Shown in pieces: positions 25,139 through 32,000 of a stretch of DNA of 32,000 nt. The notes under the pieces are model-generated. The model had not been told where the DNA came from and did not search any database. It saw only the letters and a list, made by a program, of their open reading frames with translations. The stretch's first letter is position 1. Every line of letters begins with the position of its first letter. The DNA is from an uncultured Chloroflexia bacterium (GTDB lineage: Bacteria > Chloroflexota > Anaerolineae > Anaerolineales > Anaerolineaceae). The stretch lies in NCBI GenBank assembly GCA_963704755.1, contig OY969938.1:2640001-2672000 (forward strand), written 5' to 3'. The position numbers and the translations under genes are program-made.

Positions 25139-27049
25139 CTACTCCGCCACGTTCGATTTATACAGCGGCCGGTAATCCGCCACGAAGATCGAGCACCAAT
25201 GGCGCACTTTCATGCGGATCTCGTCGTTGGTGAACAGCGCCCCCGAAGTTTCCTGGTCGGCGATGTAGATTTCGGGGGTCAGGCCAAAGCGTTCGGCCAG
25301 GATGATCCCCGGGGCCAGGCGCGGGTCCGCCACGGCGGCCCAATCGGTTGTGGCGTTGAACTCCGGGACGGTGATCACATCCCCCATCTCGCCGCGCTGC
25401 AGGTTCTCGGAAAAGATATTCGCCTCGCGCTCGAAGGAGGGATAAAGAATGCGCATCCCGGCCAGGCGCAGGCTGCGCGGCACCAGCATGTAGCGGGCGT
25501 CCAGGGCCAGCTTGGGTCCGCTGCCCGGGGCCAGCATGGGCTGATCGAAGATAGCCTGGCTGGCGGTTTCCCAGGTCTCGGCGCTCAGCGCGGCACTGCC
25601 CAGGTTATGGTGACTCGCGTCGTTGAACACGTTTTTGTTATCGGCCATTTGCGGGCCGGTGCCCGAATTGGCCGTGAAGATCCCGGCAACCTGGGCCGAG
25701 ATGCGTCGCAAGGCGGCCGAGGCCAGTTTGCGCGGGTACTGACGCAGCTTGTGGGTCTCGTCGCGCTCGAACATTTCCAGGGTCAGGCCGATGTAGCCGC
25801 CGTACTTGCCCCAGGTGCCCACTTCCTCCGAGTCGTTGATGGCCAGCTCCTCGTACGTGTCGCCTTCGTCGATGCCGGGCAAGGCGGTCACTTCGCCCAC
25901 GAGCACCCCGGTGATATCGTGCAGGTTGCTGAAATGCTCCACCGATACGATCAACTCCCACCAGCGGTAGCCGCTGCGGCCCAATTCTTGCCAGCCCATG
26001 ACCACCAGCTTGTTGAGCGTATCTTTGAGCAAGCCGGGCAGGCTGGCCCGCGAGGCGAACTGCACTCGTTCCGGGTAATAGCCGCCGTAGAATTCGTTAT
26101 CGCCGGTCAGCAGGGTATACATCTCGCGGATGCCGCTCAGGCGAGCCGCGTGCAGCCCCGCCAGTTTCTCCGGGCGGGCTGCGCCTAACAGATCGTAGGC
26201 CGCTGCTTCGAGCTGGTCCTCGCTGGAATACATCCCGTGAATGCGTGCCGGTCCTTGCACCACATTGCTCCCGGTCAAGTCGCTGACCAGGCTGCGCCCA
26301 TCCTCGATGGCCTGTTGCAGGCTCTCGGTTGTGAAGCTGGAATCTTTGAAGCGGCTGCGGATGCGCTCCCCGACGGCGGCCGGCAGGTGAGCGGCGGCCA
26401 GGCTGGTTTCCAGCAGCAGGTTGGAAAGCTGAGCTTGCACTTCGGCGGCGGGCGCCGCATCGACGATAGGAGTGGGGTTGCTTGAATTGGTTGGCATGGA
26501 AGAGTCTCCTTTGAAGGGTGGAATGGATTGGTTGTAAAGAGCACGCAAAAAGCTGCCGCCGCGGGCCGGTTCCAGCACCAGGTCCACGCTCAAAACACGC
26601 AGAATGCGCCGGACGTCCTGCCCGTTGGCTTCAAAGACCAGGTCGGCCGAAAAGCCCACGTCGGGTTTGGGGTTCTCGCCGGCCAGCATTTCGCGCCCCA
26701 AGGCGCTCAACAGCGGACCGGCCGGGCCAATTGGGCGCAGGTGCAGGCGGATCCCGTTGGACTGCGGGTCGAAAGCCGGGGAATGGCACACGCCGGCCAG
26801 GTCGCGCACGGAATGGCCTTCCCAGGCGTGATCGACGTAACACTCGCAGCCGTCCCACAACGCCAGCGACTCGGCCAGCACAGCCGCGGAGAACTGCCAG
26901 CCGTTGCCTTCACCGGCCGAAATGGCCAGGATCTCGAACTCGCCGGCGCCGGTGGGCTGTCCCGCGCAGTGGATGTGGGTGCTGTGCTGGTCGGGCTTAA
27001 CCAGGGTTTGGGTGGAAGAATCAGGTTCGATGAGGGTGTTTTGTTCCAT
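25139..27049 (-). CDS. Putative scaffold/prohead-protease-like domain fused to an HK97-fold-like major capsid protein
   Basis: 636-aa ORF immediately after the portal gene. It has an N-terminal ~190-aa domain (FEILAISAGEGNGWQFSAAVLAESLALWDG..VDH), a low-complexity linker (SSMPTNSSNPTPIVDAAPAAE) and a C-terminal ~400 aa of capsid-like size and position. The assignment rests on position and architecture, not on a verified motif. Confidence 0.6.
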   Translation of the reverse strand: MEQNTLIEPDSSTQTLVKPDQHSTHIHCAGQPTGAGEFEILAISAGEGNGWQFSAAVLAESLALWDGCECYVDHAWEGHSVRDLAGVCHSPAFDPQSNGIRLHLRPIGPAGPLLSALGREMLAGENPKPDVGFSADLVFEANGQDVRRILRVLSVDLVLEPARGGSFLRALYNQSIPPFKGDSSMPTNSSNPTPIVDAAPAAEVQAQLSNLLLETSLAAAHLPAAVGERIRSRFKDSSFTTESLQQAIEDGRSLVSDLTGSNVVQGPARIHGMYSSEDQLEAAAYDLLGAARPEKLAGLHAARLSGIREMYTLLTGDNEFYGGYYPERVQFASRASLPGLLKDTLNKLVVMGWQELGRSGYRWWELIVSVEHFSNLHDITGVLVGEVTALPGIDEGDTYEELAINDSEEVGTWGKYGGYIGLTLEMFERDETHKLRQYPRKLASAALRRISAQVAGIFTANSGTGPQMADNKNVFNDASHHNLGSAALSAETWETASQAIFDQPMLAPGSGPKLALDARYMLVPRSLRLAGMRILYPSFEREANIFSENLQRGEMGDVITVPEFNATTDWAAVADPRLAPGIILAERFGLTPEIYIADQETSGALFTNDEIRMKVRHWCSIFVADYRPLYKSNVAE

Positions 27050-27065
27050 AGAATGCCTTTCTGTA

Positions 27066-27295
27066 TTTTTTCTCCTTCCCCCTTAATGAGGAAAGGCCGG
27101 GATGGGGTTTGCGCTGATCGGCTCGAGCATTTGCCTGTCCGTAACGCCTCTTACGTTTCTTGCTCCTTCCCCCTCGCAGGGGGCAGGCCGGGATGAGGGT
27201 TTGCGCTAGTTGGCTCAAGCATTTGCCTGCTTGTAACGCTCCTCAAGTTTCTTTCTCCTTTTCCCTCGCAGGGGGCAGGCCGGGATGGGGTCTTC
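27066..27295. repeat. Family A: about 2.5 tandem copies of a ~90-nt unit between the portal and capsid genes
   Basis: Unit 2 (27155-27246) is tttcttgctccttCCCCCTcgcAGGGGGcaggccgggatgagggtttgcgctagttggctcaagcatttgcctgcttgtaacgctcctcaag. Unit 1 (27066-27154) is a diverged copy. Unit 3 (27247-27295) is partial and overlaps the portal stop codon. Confidence 0.85.
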
Positions 27296-28715
27296 ATTTC
27301 GGCTCCCCGGTCAGCAGATCCACCTTGCCGGGGGTTGGCTGGCTGTGACCCGCCCCGGTTGATCCGGTAGTGGCCGGCCCGGCTTGCCGGCCGCGCGCCA
27401 GCAGCTCGTCCACTTCGGCGACTTCGCCGAAGAAGCGGTAAGCCAGGCGCAGCATCTCCGCGTCATCGATCAGTCCGCGGTCGCGCAGTTGCGCCAGTAC
27501 CGCCATGATCTGGTTGCCGGCCATACCCAGGGCCACGTTGTCGCGCGCCGAAAGGTCGGCGCCATTGACCTCCACCTGCGCCTGCGGGTTAACCCGCCCG
27601 CGGCCGCTGCCGCGCTGCTCCACCAGGGCTTTCCGGTTGAGCGCCACCTGCAGCACGTCATGGATCAGCCACAGGAAATAGGCCTGGCGCTGCTCGAAGC
27701 GCCGGTAGGTCGGCCCGCCGGCTGCCTCGGCCGTGGTGCGGGTGGACGATTCGGGCTCGGCCAGAAAGTGCAGCGGCACACCGGCGCCGGCCGCGATCAT
27801 TTTCTTCAGCGCCAGGCCGTCGGTGTTGGCCTCGTCTGCTTCCAGGCGCGGGTTGATCACCTCCCAGGTCTCGTTTTCATCGGCTACCAGGATCGAGCCC
27901 GGCGTGGGCGGGTTGGCGTTCAGGCGCTGCTGGCGGGCCAGGCGGTCGGCCTCGCTGGTAAAGCGCGAGCGCACCAGGTACAGGAAGGCCGTGCGGAAGC
28001 GGTTCAGCCGGGCGCGGTCTTCCAGCCAGTTGGCATAGCGGCTTAGCCAGCGTAACAGCGGGCCCAGGTCCGATTCGCCCCACAAGCCTCCGGCCGGCCG
28101 GTTGATGGCGTAGTGCAGCATGACCGAGTTGAAGCTGCCGTCTTCCCGTGGGCAGTCCGTTTGGGGATCGTAGGCCGGCCACAGCCGCACCTCCCCCAGG
28201 TTATCCCCACCCGAGTACACGCTAAAACCGGTCTCCTGTTCCACGTCATTGGCCCGGCAGTGGATCTCCTGGACCTGACCGGCCGGCACCGCCCGCACAT
28301 AGCTCATCCCACCGGCGTCGCTGGAGACCAGCACGAACAGGTTGCCGGTGCGGGTCAGCTCGTCGCACCACTCGCCGGCACGCACGTCCATACGGTTGAG
28401 ACGGTGGTTCCAGAACTCGTCCAGGAAGTGCGCCGTGGCCGGGTGTTTGCAGCGCACGGCGATGCCTTCGCCGACCACGTACTGGCTGGTCAGTTCGACC
28501 AGCCGGCGGGCCAACGGGTTGACCCGCCAGGCCTCCAGGGCTTGCTCTTGCAGATTCTGGCGGTCGCCGCTCGGCCGGTCGAGGAGATTATCGCCGGAGG
28601 CCCGTGCGCCGATCAAAAAGGTGGCCTCGCTCTCGGCGCTGAAACAAGCGTGAACCTGCCGCCGGATCTCGTCGCGGAATAGGTAGGCCACCAGGCTGGA
28701 ATAAATTGGTTTCAT
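27294..28715 (-). CDS. Phage portal protein
   Basis: 473 aa from the ATG at 28715 (RBS GGGAGGG, 12 nt after the TerL stop). The 5' extension in the track (to 28901) overlaps terL and is not credible. Size and position (directly after TerL) support a portal. Confidence 0.7.
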   Translation of the reverse strand: MKPIYSSLVAYLFRDEIRRQVHACFSAESEATFLIGARASGDNLLDRPSGDRQNLQEQALEAWRVNPLARRLVELTSQYVVGEGIAVRCKHPATAHFLDEFWNHRLNRMDVRAGEWCDELTRTGNLFVLVSSDAGGMSYVRAVPAGQVQEIHCRANDVEQETGFSVYSGGDNLGEVRLWPAYDPQTDCPREDGSFNSVMLHYAINRPAGGLWGESDLGPLLRWLSRYANWLEDRARLNRFRTAFLYLVRSRFTSEADRLARQQRLNANPPTPGSILVADENETWEVINPRLEADEANTDGLALKKMIAAGAGVPLHFLAEPESSTRTTAEAAGGPTYRRFEQRQAYFLWLIHDVLQVALNRKALVEQRGSGRGRVNPQAQVEVNGADLSARDNVALGMAGNQIMAVLAQLRDRGLIDDAEMLRLAYRFFGEVAEVDELLARGRQAGPATTGSTGAGHSQPTPGKVDLLTGEPK

Positions 28716-28726
28716 AAACCCTCCCA

Positions 28727-30340
28727 TCAGAATCCCCGGTCCAGGTCTTTCAGTGGGTCGCGGGCGGGCACCACCAGCGTCTCGCCGCTGCTCGACCAGG
28801 GCTGCTGGTCCAGCAGCGAACACAGCGCCGCTGAAATGACCAGGTCGTCGTGCACCAGTTCCCCGTTTTGCGGGTCGCGGGTCCCATCCGGCACCCCCCA
28901 ACGCATGCGCTTATCCGTCCCCGGCAGGATCTGGTATTGGCAGAAGGAGAGTTGTTGCTTGAAGAGAGAATGGAGATTGGAGAATAGAGAATAGTTGGCT
29001 CTTTCGCGGCCTTCTGGCCTTTCTTTACTAATCTCTACTCTCTTTTCACTATTCTCTTCTTTTGGCTCTTTCCATCTCCCGCTATCGATCACCGCCAGGA
29101 AGTCCCAGCCCAGTTTGCTTTTGCTGGACGAGTTGAACAGGAACGGCAGCACCTTGCCGGGAAAGGCCCGCCCGAGGAAGCTGGCCAGCCCGGCTCCAAC
29201 ACCGGTGGCATCCACCACCAGGTAGCGCGCTCGCCAGGTCTCGGCCAGGCCGCGCAGGTCGTTGTACAGTTGGGTGTGGCGCACCCCCACCCACTGGCGG
29301 CGCAGCACGCAGCGGTAGGTAGGCGCCTGCACCAGCGGATCGGCCAGCGTGGCCAGGTCCACCTCGACGATCGTCAGCGCGGTCGCATCCCGGCCCGGGT
29401 TGTGCAGGTTCCAACTGCCCGGGTCCAGGTTGGATTCGGCGCTCTCGTCGATCCCGGCCACGTCCAGCAGCAGAGCGTAGATACGCCCGCTCGATGGCTG
29501 TTGCTGTACGGCATGGTTTCCCTGCATCCGTTCCAGGCGGTCCGGCGGGAACATGCCACCTTCGCTGTCGATCTCCTCGCTGAAGAACTGGGTACGCACC
29601 ATCGGGTTGAAGCGTCCCAGGCGGGCCACCTGCTCGGCCACGAATAGGCCATATTTGGGCACTTCCGCGGCCACCCGGTCGGCGTCGGCCTGGAAGACCC
29701 GCCGGCGTCCATCCCGTGCCTGAGCTTCGCGTGAGCCGCGCAGCTCGCGCGCCAGCAGCGTCCGGCTGGTCCAGGCCGTGCCCCAGAAAACGCGCGTGGC
29801 GTTGGTCGAGGCCGCCATAGGCGCGATTTCCTTGTCGTATTTGGCGATCTCCACGTCCTGGGCTTCGTCCACTTCCAACAGTGCGCTGGCGGTGGCCCCC
29901 ACGATGTTGGCCTCCTTCGAGCCGCTCAAGAAGAAAATCCGCGCCTGGCCGACCCGGTAGATGTAGCCGGATTCCTTCTCCCAATCGCCCTGCACCAGCG
30001 GGTTTTTGCGCAGCACTCGTTCCAGGCGGCGCATGGCGTTGATCGATTGCGGTTTCAGGGTGGGTGAAATTTTGATGATTTCGGCGTCCGTCTCGTGCAG
30101 GTAAGTCAGCAGGTAGGATTCGAGTTGGGCCTGCACTTCGTTCTTTCCGGATTGGCGCGGGAAGAGCACCACGAAGCTCAGCCCCTGCTTGAGGATGACC
30201 GATTCGGCGATCGCCCGGATCACTTCGGTCTGGTAACTGCGCAGTTTCAGGTGAGCACAGGCTGCCGTGAAGGCAACCGGGTCTCTCAATATGCTTGTCA
30301 CCGGGGGAACCAACGTTTCGTCAACCATAATCATCCTCAT
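28727..30340 (-). CDS. terL: Terminase large subunit
   Basis: Walker A FPRQSGKN and Walker B LLEVDEAQD. Nuclease-domain acidic motifs ALLLDVAG, YLVVDATGVG and HDDLVISAALC. 537 aa. Confidence 0.85.
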   Translation of the reverse strand: MRMIMVDETLVPPVTSILRDPVAFTAACAHLKLRSYQTEVIRAIAESVILKQGLSFVVLFPRQSGKNEVQAQLESYLLTYLHETDAEIIKISPTLKPQSINAMRRLERVLRKNPLVQGDWEKESGYIYRVGQARIFFLSGSKEANIVGATASALLEVDEAQDVEIAKYDKEIAPMAASTNATRVFWGTAWTSRTLLARELRGSREAQARDGRRRVFQADADRVAAEVPKYGLFVAEQVARLGRFNPMVRTQFFSEEIDSEGGMFPPDRLERMQGNHAVQQQPSSGRIYALLLDVAGIDESAESNLDPGSWNLHNPGRDATALTIVEVDLATLADPLVQAPTYRCVLRRQWVGVRHTQLYNDLRGLAETWRARYLVVDATGVGAGLASFLGRAFPGKVLPFLFNSSSKSKLGWDFLAVIDSGRWKEPKEENSEKRVEISKERPEGRERANYSLFSNLHSLFKQQLSFCQYQILPGTDKRMRWGVPDGTRDPQNGELVHDDLVISAALCSLLDQQPWSSSGETLVVPARDPLKDLDRGF

Positions 30341-30523
30341 TGGGTACGCTCTAATTGGCTCATGAGAGTTAGGGTCTGGCAGAGCCAGACACCAACACTC
30401 ATCTTGCTATTTCGGAATTCGGTCGGGCGGGTTGGCCAGGGGGCTGGCGCGGATCATGCTTTTCGCGACGCAGGCAAGTCAGGTTACCGTGACTCAACCC
30501 GCCCGTTGATATGGGCTGCCGGT

Positions 30524-30862
30524 TTATTCCAGCCCGGAGGTCAGGACCGTGTCGATCCCGTTCTCCTCCATTTCGGTACGGATTTCTTCCAGGGCCGCGC
30601 GGACATAGTCGCCTGCCGATTCGTCGTCCTCCAGGGAGTGTTCGGCTTTGAGCAAGGCGGCCAGGTTGGCGCAGGCCCGTGAAACCGTTTCGAGCACCGG
30701 CAGCAGCTCGTTGAGCGGTTTGCCGGCGTCGGCTTTAGCCTGGGTCATGTGAATGAGCTCTCGCACGATGCGGATCTCGTCCGAAAGTTTTTCGGCTTTG
30801 GGTTTGCGACCCCGTGGTTTGGCCAGGGCAGTGGGCGCCCCGGCTTCTTTTGGATCAGTCAT
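30524..30862 (-). CDS. Small basic/acidic protein upstream of terL (small terminase or regulator candidate)
   Basis: 112 aa from the ATG at 30862 (RBS AAGGAAGGGG). It has an N-terminal basic AT-hook-like KPRGRKPK and an acidic helical C-terminus. Position is the only support for a TerS call. Confidence 0.45.
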   Translation of the reverse strand: MTDPKEAGAPTALAKPRGRKPKAEKLSDEIRIVRELIHMTQAKADAGKPLNELLPVLETVSRACANLAALLKAEHSLEDDESAGDYVRAALEEIRTEMEENGIDTVLTSGLE

Positions 30863-30919
30863 AGCCCCTTCCTTTGCCTGGTGCCGGCCCGAAGGAAAAC
30901 GCAATTTCAAGCCGGTTCC

Positions 30920-30939
30920 TATAGAACGTATATTCTATA
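30920..30939. promoter_or_regulatory. Palindrome TATAGAA-N6-TTCTATA upstream of the phage-like operon (operator candidate)
   Basis: Perfect 7-bp arms in an AT-rich stretch ~60 nt upstream of the first module gene. Adjacent palindromes GCAT-T-ATGC and ATGCAT lie at ~30941-30953. Confidence 0.4.
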
Positions 30940-31027
30940 AGCATTATGCATTTATTCCGGGTGCAATTCAATATGTCAATCTGTGCAAAAAAAGCGCAGG
31001 GGGTGCAAAAGGATAGCTCTCAGAAAA

Positions 31028-31080
31028 CGAGTATTTAGTGCTTATGGCGAGCAACGCTCGCCATAAGCACTAAATACTCG
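31028..31080. terminator. Perfect 25-bp-stem hairpin separating the phage-like module from the DtxR-family gene
   Basis: cgagtatttagtgcttatggcgagc-aac-gctcgccataagcactaaatactcg; every position was paired by hand. Confidence 0.55.
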
Positions 31081-31101
31081 ATCCTTCTATATCAAACGAC
31101 C

Positions 31102-31153
31102 TTGCGACAAATGCGATTATTGGTATAATATTTATCTGTTTATTGATAAATAT
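31102..31153 (+). promoter_or_regulatory. Promoter (TTGCGA-16 nt-TGgTATAAT extended -10) with an overlapping 9-bp-arm palindrome (DtxR/MntR-box candidate)
   Basis: TATAAT at 31124-31129 is preceded by TGG. The palindrome ATATTTATC-N8-GATAAATAT spans 31128-31153, ~60 nt upstream of the regulator start. Confidence 0.55.
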
Positions 31154-31212
31154 CCGCGTGCCCCTCTCTGTAGAGAAGAGCTCATCCTAAGGCATTGTGA
31201 GGATTTCGTTTC

Positions 31213-31902
31213 ATGGCCGTCAGCCACAACATGGAACATTACGCTGCTGAAATTTACCGTTTGCAGCAAGATTACGAACAGGTGGCACTTTCTTTACTCA
31301 GCGAGAACGTGAACGTCTCGGTCCAGGCTGCCTCGATCATGATCCAGCGGATGCGCAAGCTGGGCTACCTGGCTTATGAACCTTACCGCGGGGTTATATT
31401 GACCGAAGCCGGACTTCGCATTGCCATGCCGGCCCTGCGCCGCCATCGCTTGGTGGAGGTATTTCTGGTCAAGGTCATGGCCTACGATTGGGCTACCGCC
31501 CACGAGCTTTCGGACGTCTTCGAGCACGGGGTCAATGAGGAAATCGAAGACCGCATGGACGAGATCACTGGCCACCCTACCCGCTGCCCGCATGGTGAGC
31601 CCATCCCCGGCAAAGATGGGTTTATGCCGGTCCTGAACGACCGCCCCCTGGTCGAGGTGCCTTCCCAATCAGACTGCACCGTCAGCCGGGTGCGCACCCA
31701 CGATCCGCAGAAACTGCGCTACATCGCCGACCTGCGGCTGGTGCCGGGTGTGCAGTTCCATTTGCTGAGCTGCGCCCCCTTCAAAGGGCCGCTGCGCCTG
31801 CAATTGAAACCGCTCGACCACGTCATCAGTTATGAACTGGCCAGCCTGCTGTGGGTGGATGTGGATAAAGAAGGCAAGGGCAATAAGCCGGTCAATACCT
31901 GA
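31213..31902 (+). CDS. DtxR/MntR-family metal-dependent transcriptional regulator with a C-terminal FeoA/SH3-like domain
   Basis: N-terminal wHTH (VSVQAASIMIQRMRKLGYL), dimerisation/metal-site region RRHRLVEVFL...HELSDVFEH...CPHGEPIP, and a C-terminal ~70-aa FeoA-like extension. Confidence 0.9.
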   Translation: MAVSHNMEHYAAEIYRLQQDYEQVALSLLSENVNVSVQAASIMIQRMRKLGYLAYEPYRGVILTEAGLRIAMPALRRHRLVEVFLVKVMAYDWATAHELSDVFEHGVNEEIEDRMDEITGHPTRCPHGEPIPGKDGFMPVLNDRPLVEVPSQSDCTVSRVRTHDPQKLRYIADLRLVPGVQFHLLSCAPFKGPLRLQLKPLDHVISYELASLLWVDVDKEGKGNKPVNT

Positions 31903-31959
31903 TCCCTGGAGACGAATTTTTCTTGTGCCATTCTCAGTCCTCGCAGGAGAACAGGGAGT

Positions 31960-32000
31960 TTTTATTATTTTTACATGCGAAGCATGCAAAAATAATAAAA
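31960..32000. terminator. AT-rich 19-bp hairpin (one mismatch) after the DtxR-family gene, touching the window end
   Basis: ttttattatttttacatgc-gaa-gcatgcaaaaataataaaa. Confidence 0.45.

Larger units (their letters stand above)
19876..30940 (-). mobile_element. Compact phage-like head/lysis/(tail?) gene module: defective prophage or GTA-like element
   Basis: All genes are co-oriented: small basic protein, TerL, portal, scaffold/protease-capsid fusion, holin-like, GH25 lysozyme, adaptor-like, two large unknowns. The flanks are host-type genes (tRNA-Leu/DUF1232 on the left, DtxR on the right). No integrase, repressor or replication genes are present in the window. Confidence 0.75.

Noticed and set aside
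27021-27348. ORFs 27021..27218(-) and 27160..27348(+), and the idea that the tandem repeat could be a CRISPR array
   Set aside because: The units are ~90 nt and contiguous, with no unique spacers between short repeats. No cas genes are present, and the same unit occurs singly elsewhere. This is a tandemly duplicated interspersed repeat, not CRISPR, and the ORFs are artefacts.
28716-28901. 5' extension of the portal ORF overlapping terL by 175 nt
   Set aside because: The extension is Gly/Arg/Pro-rich and in an alternative frame of terL. A good RBS + ATG at 28715 lies 12 nt after the terL stop.
29082-29984. 300-aa ORF on the minus strand inside terL, and the many other 60-320-aa ORFs nested in large genes (for example 20239..21207, 25199..26188, 27384..28046, 13765..14238)
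   Set aside because: These are alternative-frame or antisense shadows of long GC-rich genes with extreme Arg/Gly/Pro/Ala bias. The host ORFs carry recognisable motifs, while the shadows do not.
19139-31200. Search for an att-type direct repeat of the tRNA-Leu 3' end (GGTTCGATTCCCTCCTTCGGCACCA) at the far side of the phage-like module
   Set aside because: I found no copy or partial copy by eye around 30.9-31.2 kb or 19.7-19.9 kb, so I cannot claim tRNA-targeted integration. A proper alignment is needed to rule out short (<12 nt) repeats.

Overview
GC-rich (~60% by hand counts) bacterial chromosomal segment. The gene content and the heptamer/hairpin repeat style suggest a Chloroflexota-like or similar filamentous lineage, but I cannot verify this without a search. 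Positions 1-15.9 kb hold ordinary housekeeping and regulatory genes: pirin (open at the window edge), MarR-GNAT fusion, OsmC, an ArsR-like + MFS operon, a TetR + small membrane protein pair, and a cNMP-binding + NifU-like pair. They also hold a long minus-strand operon: R3H/AAA ATPase, tmk, DsbA-cyclophilin lipoprotein, PrsW-like protease, DedA, PlsC, SHOCT-like protein. Positions ~15.96-18.0 kb are a sharply AT-rich island (~35-42% GC in hand-counted stretches) with one 458-aa gene that fuses a DEDDy-type exonuclease domain, a coiled coil and a C-terminal HTH. Next come ychF, tRNA-Leu(CAA) and a DUF1232 gene. Positions 19.9-30.9 kb are a compact minus-strand phage-like module: small basic protein, TerL, portal, scaffold/protease-capsid fusion, holin-like protein, GH25 endolysin, small adaptor-like protein and two large unknown proteins. 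The module has host-like GC and no integrase, repressor, replication or long-tail genes in the window. Almost every gap between its genes is filled by elaborate repeats: a 47-unit in-phase heptamer array with inverted polarity, nested GAATCAC inverted repeats, poly-C/poly-G hairpin pairs and a 2.5x ~90-nt tandem repeat. A DtxR/MntR-family regulator closes the window. The two best candidates for something undescribed are the AT-rich exonuclease-HTH island and the stripped-down, repeat-saturated phage-like (possibly GTA-like) module. No CRISPR array, rRNA, transposase or recognisable known defence system was seen.
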